Shown: positions 38,521 to 47,037 of the stretch, piece by piece | How positions within the stretch are numbered: the stretch's first letter is position 1 | Layout: each line of letters starts with the position of its first letter | DNA from: an uncultured Holosporaceae bacterium | Lineage (GTDB): Bacteria; Pseudomonadota; Alphaproteobacteria; UBA3830 | Assembly (NCBI GenBank): GCA_964532905.1 | Contig: CAZHJM010000001.1 | Location: 121,593-185,592, forward strand | DNA length: 64,000 bases | Direction of reading: 5' to 3' | Notes under the pieces: model-generated | The model's database searches: none | What the model was told of the DNA's origin: nothing | Seen by the model: the letters and a program-made list of their open reading frames with translations, nothing else | Position numbers and translations under genes: made by a program

Positions 38521-41500
38521 ATGAAAATAAAGGTAAAATCTTTAATAAAGAAGTTTTTTTCTAAAGAAAAAAGAGGTTTTGCTCTTATTTTAGTTGCTAT
38601 TTTTATTCCCGTAGCGTTAATTGGAATACAATACGGTATAAAGCTCGCACAAAAATCTGATAAGGATGTAAGTACATTTGAGACACCGTATGCGGTTGTC
38701 CAAAAAATTGCAAATAATTTCAATCCAGGACGTTCTTGGGATGAACAATATGAATGTTTATATTCACTGGGCGCACAAGAATATAATAATCGCTACTATA
38801 ATGTTAGTAAAAGTATGGTATTTACACCAAAATTGAATCATTTATTAACGAAACAAACTAGTTCTTATTCAGCTAAAAATTATGTTGAATTTTATAACAC
38901 TCATAGCAGATTAGGATCTCTTTATTATGGAAGTTATGAAAAATTAAATTTTTTATTTACTTCATCACTATTTTTTGATGCAATGACATATTGTACTCCA
39001 ACATATCAAAATGTATCAGGAGAAAATATTCAAAAAACCGATAATATTTCACCAAATACAAAAGAGAAAACATATACAATATATAGTGAAAGATATCAAG
39101 ATAATATCGCTGAAGAAACATCATCAGGTAATTACATTCCTGAATATAATGAAAAAGCAACTGAAATGCAAGTGAAAATAAATTCAACAAATAATCAGAT
39201 AATTGGTACATTTCCTAGACTAAAAAGAAAAGCTACAGCTACGTTACCAAAATGTAATGTTGATATAATTTTAGCAATACCAACAAACCATGCAGCATGT
39301 ACAGAAGACAACTCAAATGATTCAGAAATAGCAGATACATCTGATTCAAACAGTATTGAAGAAACACCTATTCGTCAAATAGCATCAGCCTGTCAGGATT
39401 TTTTAAGGAATAATTTCCTTCACACGGTTGGAGTGGCTGTAGGAGTTATTCCTTATTCAGGAAAAATATCTTTACCACCGGATAGAAGCGCTTGGACGAC
39501 GCGTTATAAAATGTCTCCTATTGATCCAGAAGAAACATTAGTCAAATATCCTTATATTATTCAAACAATGTTTTATGGATCTGATGGTCAATTTGGAGGG
39601 GAGTTAATAGACGATTCAAATGGGAAAAGTAATGACAATTATGGAATATATAAAGATTGGGGAACTTCAGATATAGGTCTCCCGATTATGAGTAGAAGAG
39701 GAAAGGAGACTACATATAGAGGCATACGTATATATAATATGGATAAAATAATTAATTTTGATGAACCCGCAACAGATGAAAGTAAATTTATACAAATGAA
39801 TCCTAATCCTTGTTATTTAGGATATTGTAATGCTTTAGCAATGTTATGTGAGAGAAATTGTCCAACATATTGGGCAAATCCTTATTATATTACCGAACTT
39901 ACTGCTGATATACAGAGTGTAATACATGATTTAGAGCTATTTATACCTTTTGATGATCCACACAATAAGTCTAACTTTTTATTTTTACCTGTTGTTTGGG
40001 CAGGAAATCTTTTAAGCTCTTGGACTAAACACCCTTCAGATGCAGATCAGACTGCGAGTGTTATGGAACCAAAACGAAATGAGAAAAATCAGGTTATAAT
40101 TATAATAGCGAATGCTCCTGACAATTTTGAACCTGTCGAATTGACTTATTTGGGCTTTAATAATGATGCTTCAGAAGTGCCAATGTTTGAGAGTGATACA
40201 GCACAATTTAGTAATGGCGGATATGTATATAAAGATGGAGGATATCAAGGAGTAAAAGGAGCGATAAAGTGTAGTATTAACAGTGCACATATTACAGAAA
40301 ATATAGGATTAATTTCCGAAGGAAAACAAACTATGAAAATTTCATTTCCTCATAAAAGTATAGTAAAGATAGTAGCATCTCGTGGAGATCCTGCTACGGT
40401 TACATTTTTTGAAGATAATGGAGTAGAGGATAATGTAATGACAGACCCTGCGACGGGAGAAGATTATTCTTTGATAGAAACATTCGAAAAAGAAGACACA
40501 AATAATAAGGGAAATAATGTTATTCTTTCAGAAAGTACATCTAAAAAATCTAGAACTCATAGAGTTATTGGAACTACCAATTTCTTCTTTAATGGAGATA
40601 CTAATATCAGAAATATGATTAATAATAAAGTTGCTTTACAGGACAGTTCGACAACTGGAGGGAAAAATTTCGGACATAATTTGTCTGTAAAAAAATTGAA
40701 ATATAGAGCTAAAAGATGTGCTTTAAATCGTTCAACTTTATCGAATCAAGTTTTACGTTTCTATGGATATTATAATAGGAATGAATTAAATAAGGATTTA
40801 ATAGAAAATACAGATTGTCATTCAGACAATCAAAATATAACTAGAATGGATCCTGGAATTGATTGTTCAGATAATGCAAGGAGTGATTCTGGAGGAAATA
40901 ACGGTTCTAGTAAAAAATGGGGATATTCAACAAGTTCTACAGGATATTATATTAATTCTTACAATTTTCAGCCTAAATTCAAAGGAGTACGAAATCCAAA
41001 TAGAATAGTATATGCTACTGATAATTTCCCAAATAATAATGTATTGTATAGTGAAGGGGATGATTATTTAATGACTATTAAAAAGAATAATACATGGGAA
41101 AGAAAGGATTCTGTTCAATCTGAAATAAATTCAAATAAAGTATTATACAGAGTTACTGAATTTGGCAGTTATGATACAGGAACAGACTATTCTCAGATAT
41201 TTTTTGGTAGATATCAATATTATAGTAAACTAGCTTATTATGATGATTTTATTTCTAAAAAAACAAGGACACGCAATATATATCAAACGATTAAAACAAC
41301 CCGTAATTATGTAAATCAGTGTAAACAACCAAATTCAGTACAACTTACAACAACTTCAGGAAACAACACGAATACGTCATATACATGTGATTATGAAAAT
41401 ACAAATGCCGGTGTATGTTGTTTTGATCATGGACAATTTTCAGGTAAAGCATCACCATATACTTTTAATGAAAATGATAATAATTCTTTTGCATGTAATA

Positions 41501-44500
41501 CCATAAATTGGAATGATAAATATCCGGATTCTCATAATAATTGGGAATATTATGATACTTCTTATGCCCCATACCAAGATAGAAAATTACAATATCAATG
41601 TAATTCAATTGGGAAACGGACGGAAGATAAACAAACATGTGATCATCCTAATTGTCAGCCAAAAGTAGAATTCAAAACACAATTTAAACAAGTGCAGAAA
41701 CAAAGTGTTGATTGTACTTATGATAGTTGCCATGAATTTAGTAATCCCACAACAACTTTTATTCCATATTCAGAATATGAATGTACTAATTGTAATTATA
41801 ATGGGAATAAGACATCATGTAATGCTTGTAATGGAAAAGATACACAATATTCAGGTGCAAAAACTGATGATGCTGTAAAATCAGATGATAAAATACAAAT
41901 AGAAAAATGGGTAGAAAGTGAAGAAATAAAAAGGCAATATGTGTTTGAAAGTGTGGATTCGACAGGTAAGGTATTATCTACAGCTTATAAGATATGTAAT
42001 ATAGATGGAAATAACTGTCAAAATTCAACTAAACCAAATACAGAATTAAAAAATAAAATATCTGATTTTTCTTCAGGAAAATATGAATTATCTCCATATA
42101 GATATAATCTATATAATTTTTTTCTCTTAAATGCTAATACTGTTGAGCAAACTAACTTTTATACATATGATCAATGTACTAATAAGTGTACTAAGGTAAG
42201 TACAGCCCCTTTTATTTCAAGTAAAAATAATAATAAATTAAAAAACAATCAAGGTATATGTTTATTAGCAGAATCAGGAGCTGAAAGAGATCCTAATCTT
42301 AATATCGATGAAACAAATTGGATATGTTTTTGTGGAGATGCAGATTTAAATTTGGAGTTTATTGCTAGAGATTCTCCAACTCTGAATTTATTACATATTA
42401 AAAATGATGTATATCGTGTATCTTTTGATAATCAAGCTGTTACTAATACTACAGGAACAGAAATACATACATTTTCAGATGATGCAGATACTCAAACATT
42501 TTATATTATTCCAGAACAAATAATGGATGAAAAAGACAAAGACGATAACTATTATATAAAATTAGAAATGGGGGACAATGTTAGTATTGTCTCAATAGAA
42601 ATAAATAATCGACCTTATAAAATTGAAAAATCAGGTGATATAATGTTCAATGGGAAAAGTATGAAAAATATAACAGAAAAGATATCATCAAAAGAAACAT
42701 TAGAATTTGTTACAAATCTTAAAGAATCTTTTAAATGTGACGTTGTTGTACCATATTTTTGGATAGGTAAAACCGATTTTAGACAGGAAGAAGGTAATAC
42801 GTATATCTATTGTAATACAACAGGATTTTCAACAGAAGTAACAGTTAAAGTTCCATCTGCAGGAAAGCAAGATTTTTATAAAAAATCTTCGACACAATGT
42901 GATATATCTTCTAGTAGAAAGCTTAAATCTGTAACTTTTAATGGTTATACAATTCCTAGAGCTAGTATAAATAATATAGTAATGTCAGGTAATAATAAAA
43001 AATTTAATGCAAATAATCCTATAGTTACAACTTGGAATGAGAAAGAAATAGATCCAAAATATATTTTATCGAATTCGAAACACTTTTCATTTTCTGGAAG
43101 TTCAACAGATTCTGGGTTTAATGTGAATGCGGGCTGTGAATTTCAGTCATTAAATTTTAGTAATATTTCACAAAACGGAGGTAGTAAGCAAGCAGGAACA
43201 AGTAATGGGAATAGTAGTGTTGAAATTTCCTTTAAAGAAACTTATAAATTTTATAATGGGGAAAGAGACATCAATGTAAGTGGGAATAGCCCTATTGAAA
43301 TATATGGGAAAGGAACCAAGCCAGGAGGTGATAATTGTACAAATGCTGTTCTTTATTATGGTGATAGTGGTGGACAGTTTATGACAGGTAACAAAGAAAA
43401 AAGTGAATCAGGTACAGCTTATTGTACAAAATTGAATAATGCAAGAGTTCTTTTCAATGGATGTGGCAGAATTGATGGATCAGAATATAAACAAACATCA
43501 GCTTCACCGGATGTAGATCAAATAAATGCAAAGACAAATGGTAATAAAGCAAGTTTCCCAGGTACAGCTACAGTAAAATGTTCAATAAAAGGAATACAGC
43601 ATGAGGACCATGAAACAAAATCATTAAGTAATCCTGTCGGCAGTTTTTCTGACAGTAGTTTGGGATATAGATATAACAATATAACTGTATCAAATATATA
43701 TATTCATGAAAACAATCCTGGTTCCTGTGTAGAATTATACAGTAATGGACAATTTGGTAGTTCAAATATAGGTCTTGGAGGGAAAACCATAACTACAATA
43801 TCAAATTTTAGTATTAAATCAGGTACGAATTATCGTTCACCATCTTATAAAGTTAGAAATGCTATTCTATCATTAGAAAATTCTGGTGGACAAATAGGAC
43901 ATAAATACATAAATAGTAGTAATAACAATTACATAACAGTTGAAATTTCCCCTGATGAATATGATTTTGAATTACAGAGTGATGGGAAATATCATGTGAA
44001 GCTTGATTGTAGAAATGTTCAACTTTCTAATTTTAGATTTTCTAATACTGATGAAAATGTTAAAGTTTATGATCATCCGGACATTAAAAAATCTAATGAA
44101 AAAGGTGAAGCTATTCAAAATATTCGTCTTTTTGATGGTGGTGGGATTAATGGAGCTAATAATAAGGATACTTCTAAAATTTATGGTGATATGGAAGTTA
44201 ATTTAGGTAATTATAAATGGTCACCAGTTCAAAAACTGTTCTATTATGTTAAGCAAAATGGCAGTGAAGATGAATTTTCTCCAAATAATACAATAGGAGA
44301 CTTTTTCGTAAATATTTGGGATCAAAATGACGATATTCCTCCTATTAAATGGAAATTAAAGGGCAAAATACAAAATAATATATATAATGATCCGGATTTT
44401 GGTGAATTTAAAAATAATTACGGCTTTTCAGGATTACATCGTATGTTTATTCCTTATGGAGTGTATGATTCAGGTGAAGATATTACTGCTGGATTCTCGG

Positions 44501-44883
44501 AAGCTAATAATTCTGCCCTTGTTTTTGCTGGATTTACAATTCCTGCAAACTTTATGTTAATTAACAATGGATATCAACAAATATCTAGCTCTGATGGTAT
44601 AGCTACAAAGGTTACAGAACCAAATACAGTATTACCTAAAGTTGCTTCAGATGCGTGTAGTAAATTAAAATCTTTCGCAACAGGAAATAGCGCGCCTGAT
44701 ATCTATTTAATAAAGTATAGAACAAGTGGGCCTTTATCATTAGAATCTTGTGTTGGCGGAGGTAAAGTTCTAAGTGCTTCATCAGAAGATGATTTAAAGA
44801 AAGTTCTATCCGATTTAGCTGTAACAATAAAACAAGCTAATTTGAAAAATGATTTAATAATAGAAATGGAAGATGTGAAGTAG
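38521..44883 (+). CDS. giant (2120 aa) TadG-like pseudopilin/vWA-domain surface protein with a large Cys/Asn-rich insertion
   Basis: Uninterrupted 6.4-kb ORF with AGGAAA upstream of the ATG. The N-terminal KRGFALILVAIFIPVALIGIQYG is TadE/G-like. vWA-like strands and helices occupy residues ~245-540 and ~2035-2105. The ORF itself is very likely real. The family call is inference. Confidence 0.6.
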   Translation: MKIKVKSLIKKFFSKEKRGFALILVAIFIPVALIGIQYGIKLAQKSDKDVSTFETPYAVVQKIANNFNPGRSWDEQYECLYSLGAQEYNNRYYNVSKSMVFTPKLNHLLTKQTSSYSAKNYVEFYNTHSRLGSLYYGSYEKLNFLFTSSLFFDAMTYCTPTYQNVSGENIQKTDNISPNTKEKTYTIYSERYQDNIAEETSSGNYIPEYNEKATEMQVKINSTNNQIIGTFPRLKRKATATLPKCNVDIILAIPTNHAACTEDNSNDSEIADTSDSNSIEETPIRQIASACQDFLRNNFLHTVGVAVGVIPYSGKISLPPDRSAWTTRYKMSPIDPEETLVKYPYIIQTMFYGSDGQFGGELIDDSNGKSNDNYGIYKDWGTSDIGLPIMSRRGKETTYRGIRIYNMDKIINFDEPATDESKFIQMNPNPCYLGYCNALAMLCERNCPTYWANPYYITELTADIQSVIHDLELFIPFDDPHNKSNFLFLPVVWAGNLLSSWTKHPSDADQTASVMEPKRNEKNQVIIIIANAPDNFEPVELTYLGFNNDASEVPMFESDTAQFSNGGYVYKDGGYQGVKGAIKCSINSAHITENIGLISEGKQTMKISFPHKSIVKIVASRGDPATVTFFEDNGVEDNVMTDPATGEDYSLIETFEKEDTNNKGNNVILSESTSKKSRTHRVIGTTNFFFNGDTNIRNMINNKVALQDSSTTGGKNFGHNLSVKKLKYRAKRCALNRSTLSNQVLRFYGYYNRNELNKDLIENTDCHSDNQNITRMDPGIDCSDNARSDSGGNNGSSKKWGYSTSSTGYYINSYNFQPKFKGVRNPNRIVYATDNFPNNNVLYSEGDDYLMTIKKNNTWERKDSVQSEINSNKVLYRVTEFGSYDTGTDYSQIFFGRYQYYSKLAYYDDFISKKTRTRNIYQTIKTTRNYVNQCKQPNSVQLTTTSGNNTNTSYTCDYENTNAGVCCFDHGQFSGKASPYTFNENDNNSFACNTINWNDKYPDSHNNWEYYDTSYAPYQDRKLQYQCNSIGKRTEDKQTCDHPNCQPKVEFKTQFKQVQKQSVDCTYDSCHEFSNPTTTFIPYSEYECTNCNYNGNKTSCNACNGKDTQYSGAKTDDAVKSDDKIQIEKWVESEEIKRQYVFESVDSTGKVLSTAYKICNIDGNNCQNSTKPNTELKNKISDFSSGKYELSPYRYNLYNFFLLNANTVEQTNFYTYDQCTNKCTKVSTAPFISSKNNNKLKNNQGICLLAESGAERDPNLNIDETNWICFCGDADLNLEFIARDSPTLNLLHIKNDVYRVSFDNQAVTNTTGTEIHTFSDDADTQTFYIIPEQIMDEKDKDDNYYIKLEMGDNVSIVSIEINNRPYKIEKSGDIMFNGKSMKNITEKISSKETLEFVTNLKESFKCDVVVPYFWIGKTDFRQEEGNTYIYCNTTGFSTEVTVKVPSAGKQDFYKKSSTQCDISSSRKLKSVTFNGYTIPRASINNIVMSGNNKKFNANNPIVTTWNEKEIDPKYILSNSKHFSFSGSSTDSGFNVNAGCEFQSLNFSNISQNGGSKQAGTSNGNSSVEISFKETYKFYNGERDINVSGNSPIEIYGKGTKPGGDNCTNAVLYYGDSGGQFMTGNKEKSESGTAYCTKLNNARVLFNGCGRIDGSEYKQTSASPDVDQINAKTNGNKASFPGTATVKCSIKGIQHEDHETKSLSNPVGSFSDSSLGYRYNNITVSNIYIHENNPGSCVELYSNGQFGSSNIGLGGKTITTISNFSIKSGTNYRSPSYKVRNAILSLENSGGQIGHKYINSSNNNYITVEISPDEYDFELQSDGKYHVKLDCRNVQLSNFRFSNTDENVKVYDHPDIKKSNEKGEAIQNIRLFDGGGINGANNKDTSKIYGDMEVNLGNYKWSPVQKLFYYVKQNGSEDEFSPNNTIGDFFVNIWDQNDDIPPIKWKLKGKIQNNIYNDPDFGEFKNNYGFSGLHRMFIPYGVYDSGEDITAGFSEANNSALVFAGFTIPANFMLINNGYQQISSSDGIATKVTEPNTVLPKVASDACSKLKSFATGNSAPDIYLIKYRTSGPLSLESCVGGGKVLSASSEDDLKKVLSDLAVTIKQANLKNDLIIEMEDVK

Positions 44884-44990
44884 ATTATAGAAGTTTTTAT
44901 GTGCTACAATTTATTAATATGGAATAAGAGGGAAATGCAGAACTTATACTGTGCAATGGTTTGACGTGAACACCTTTTTTACAACTCATT

Positions 44991-45128
44991 ATCATTCTGA
45001 GCGAACAGAGTGAGCGTGAGAATCTATTCTTTATCATGGAATACTATCAGTATTGTGTTATGGATCACCCCATAGCTCCGCTCCCCTTGACTTGATGACG
45101 TAAGGAGAGAGTTCCACGCAATAACGCC
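44991..45128. repeat. repeat cluster 10 (R-Q modules, minus orientation)
   Basis: Contains atcattctgagcgaacagagtgagcgtgagaatc and ttatggatcaccccatagctccgctcccc, inverted relative to cluster 9. Confidence 0.8.
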
Positions 45129-45245
45129 CCCTCCCATAACTACAAACAAAGAGAAAAATTCCTATATGATGCTAAATAAAAATAACCCTATACATTTAAA
45201 TAACAAATAAAAAACATAGATCAACAATAGAAAATAGTTAAATTA

Positions 45246-46094
45246 TTATGATATTGATTTATAAAGAATTAAAGTTGTCCATCCTCTATAGTTATAACGA
45301 TATTTTAAAGACAACCCCAAAGACAAAAATTTGCTTTCTACGGATTTATCATCTGTATTAAATCCAGATAGTATCACAAGTCCTTCATTATTAATGGAAT
45401 TTACTATAGCTTCACTCATATTAATTAATGGTTCAGACAAAATATTTGCAATAATAAAATCATATTTTTGCCATTCAAACTCACAATTTTCATTCTGATA
45501 TACAGAAATACGATGAGATACTTTATTTATTGTTACATTTTCTCTAGTAATTCTCACAGCTTCCGGATCATTGTCATAAGCTATTACATTAGTTGCGCCC
45601 AATTTTGCTAATGCAATACTTAAAATACCGGAACCACAGCCAATATCTAAAACTTTTTTATGTTTTTTGTAATCAAAATATGCCAAACAAGCGACTAGAC
45701 ATCTATTAGTAGTTGCGTGTTCACCTGTACCAAAAGCTGTAGCGGCCGCAATTTCAATAATAATTTTATTCGACGGATGATTTATGTTTCGCAAATGCGG
45801 TCCATAAATATAGAAATCATCTACTATTATAGGTTTAAAATTCTCAAAACATTTCTGAAGCCAATTAACATTTTCTAAAGCTTCATTTTCTAAGATATTA
45901 AATGAATGTCCAATTAATATATCGTGTAATAATAAATTATCTATGGGAGAATCACTAAGTATTTCTATTATCCAATCATTATGTTTTTGAACACATGAAA
46001 CAGCAGGAAATTCATGTTCATGTAAAACATCTATAAGTTCAAATGCTTCGTTAATATTAAAAAAACCAATAACACATTTGAAAATTTGATTCAT
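45246..46094 (-). CDS. prmA: ribosomal protein L11 methyltransferase
   Basis: 282 aa. GTGEHATT and the SAM motif VLDIGCGSGILSIALAKLGA. Confidence 0.87.
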   Translation of the reverse strand: MNQIFKCVIGFFNINEAFELIDVLHEHEFPAVSCVQKHNDWIIEILSDSPIDNLLLHDILIGHSFNILENEALENVNWLQKCFENFKPIIVDDFYIYGPHLRNINHPSNKIIIEIAAATAFGTGEHATTNRCLVACLAYFDYKKHKKVLDIGCGSGILSIALAKLGATNVIAYDNDPEAVRITRENVTINKVSHRISVYQNENCEFEWQKYDFIIANILSEPLINMSEAIVNSINNEGLVILSGFNTDDKSVESKFLSLGLSLKYRYNYRGWTTLILYKSIS

Positions 46095-46624
46095 TTTGTC
46101 ACCACTGGAGATATAATCATTAACATTTGGCGTCCATCTAATTGAGGGTTGCCTTCACATTTTGCAATATCTTTTACATCTTCTAAAAGTTTATGCAATA
46201 AATTTTCCCCTATTTCTTTATGAGAAAGCTCTCTTCCTCTAAATCTCAAAGTTATCTTTACTTTATTACCATCTCCAATAAATCTTTTTATATTATTGAG
46301 TTTAACATTATAATCATGTCCTCCTATTGTTGGAGTTAATTTGACTTCTTTAACTGATATAATTTTTTGTTTTTTCTTTGCTTCTGATTTCTTTTTTTGA
46401 AGCTCATATTTTAATTTTCCATAATTAATAATTTTACATACAGGAGGTTTTGCTTGAGGAGCGACTTCTACTAAATCTAATCCCGCTTCTCTCGCTTTAA
46501 TTGCTGCCTCTTTTATACTCACTATACCTATTGCTTCACCATTTTGATCTATAAGCCTAACCTGGGGGGAAGTAATTGCTCTATTAACCCTATATTTTGC
46601 CTCTGATTTTTTATTTTCTTCCAA
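46091..46624 (-). CDS. infC: translation initiation factor IF-3
   Basis: RVNRAITSPQVRLIDQNGEAIG, LDLVEV and VKEVKLTPTIGGHDY motifs. TTG start preceded by GGAG. Confidence 0.92.
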   Translation of the reverse strand: MEENKKSEAKYRVNRAITSPQVRLIDQNGEAIGIVSIKEAAIKAREAGLDLVEVAPQAKPPVCKIINYGKLKYELQKKKSEAKKKQKIISVKEVKLTPTIGGHDYNVKLNNIKRFIGDGNKVKITLRFRGRELSHKEIGENLLHKLLEDVKDIAKCEGNPQLDGRQMLMIISPVVTK

Positions 46625-46711
46625 ACTTTAACTCCAAATATACAATATCTTATCAGACTAATGATTTCCTAATAAAAATCAAGAGGAAATTAGACTAAAG
46701 ATTCAAACATA

Positions 46712-46882
46712 TTACCTTCTTTTTTTATCTTCTTTCTGTTTTTCCATAAGAGAAGATTTAAGCAATTTCCCATATCTTATCGACTTCATTTTTGTTTTTA
46801 AGGAACTACTTTTTTTTATCATTCTCGTTTTTTCTCCTGCTCTTGCTAATAAAACGTCTTTTAGATATATAATCTCCGCCAT
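46712..46882 (-). CDS. possible small basic protein (56 aa), hand-translated
   Basis: ATG preceded by GGAG. The product is MAEIIYLKDVLLARAGEKTRMIKKSSSLKTKMKSIRYGKLLKSSLMEKQKEDKKRR. It is below the ORF-track cutoff and has no family. Confidence 0.2.
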   Translation of the reverse strand: MAEIIYLKDVLLARAGEKTRMIKKSSSLKTKMKSIRYGKLLKSSLMEKQKEDKKRR

Positions 46883-47037
46883 ATCTCCAATCCTTTTTTC
46901 CTAAATCTATAATAAAGACTATTAGTTAATATAAAGTTAAGATTTTAAATGAATATACGAATATTATGTTTATAAAAAATTAACTATTGATATATAATCT
47001 ATATTGATAATAGTTGCTGTATTTGGAGTATTGTATT

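Noticed and set aside
38448-38723. 91-aa minus-strand ORF overlapping the start of the giant gene
   Set aside because: It is antisense to the giant ORF's N-terminal coding region and promoter. It has no Shine-Dalgarno sequence and no motif. The internal small ORFs at 38957-39211, 43568-43765, 44003-44206 and 44636-44827 are likewise frame artefacts of AT-rich coding DNA.
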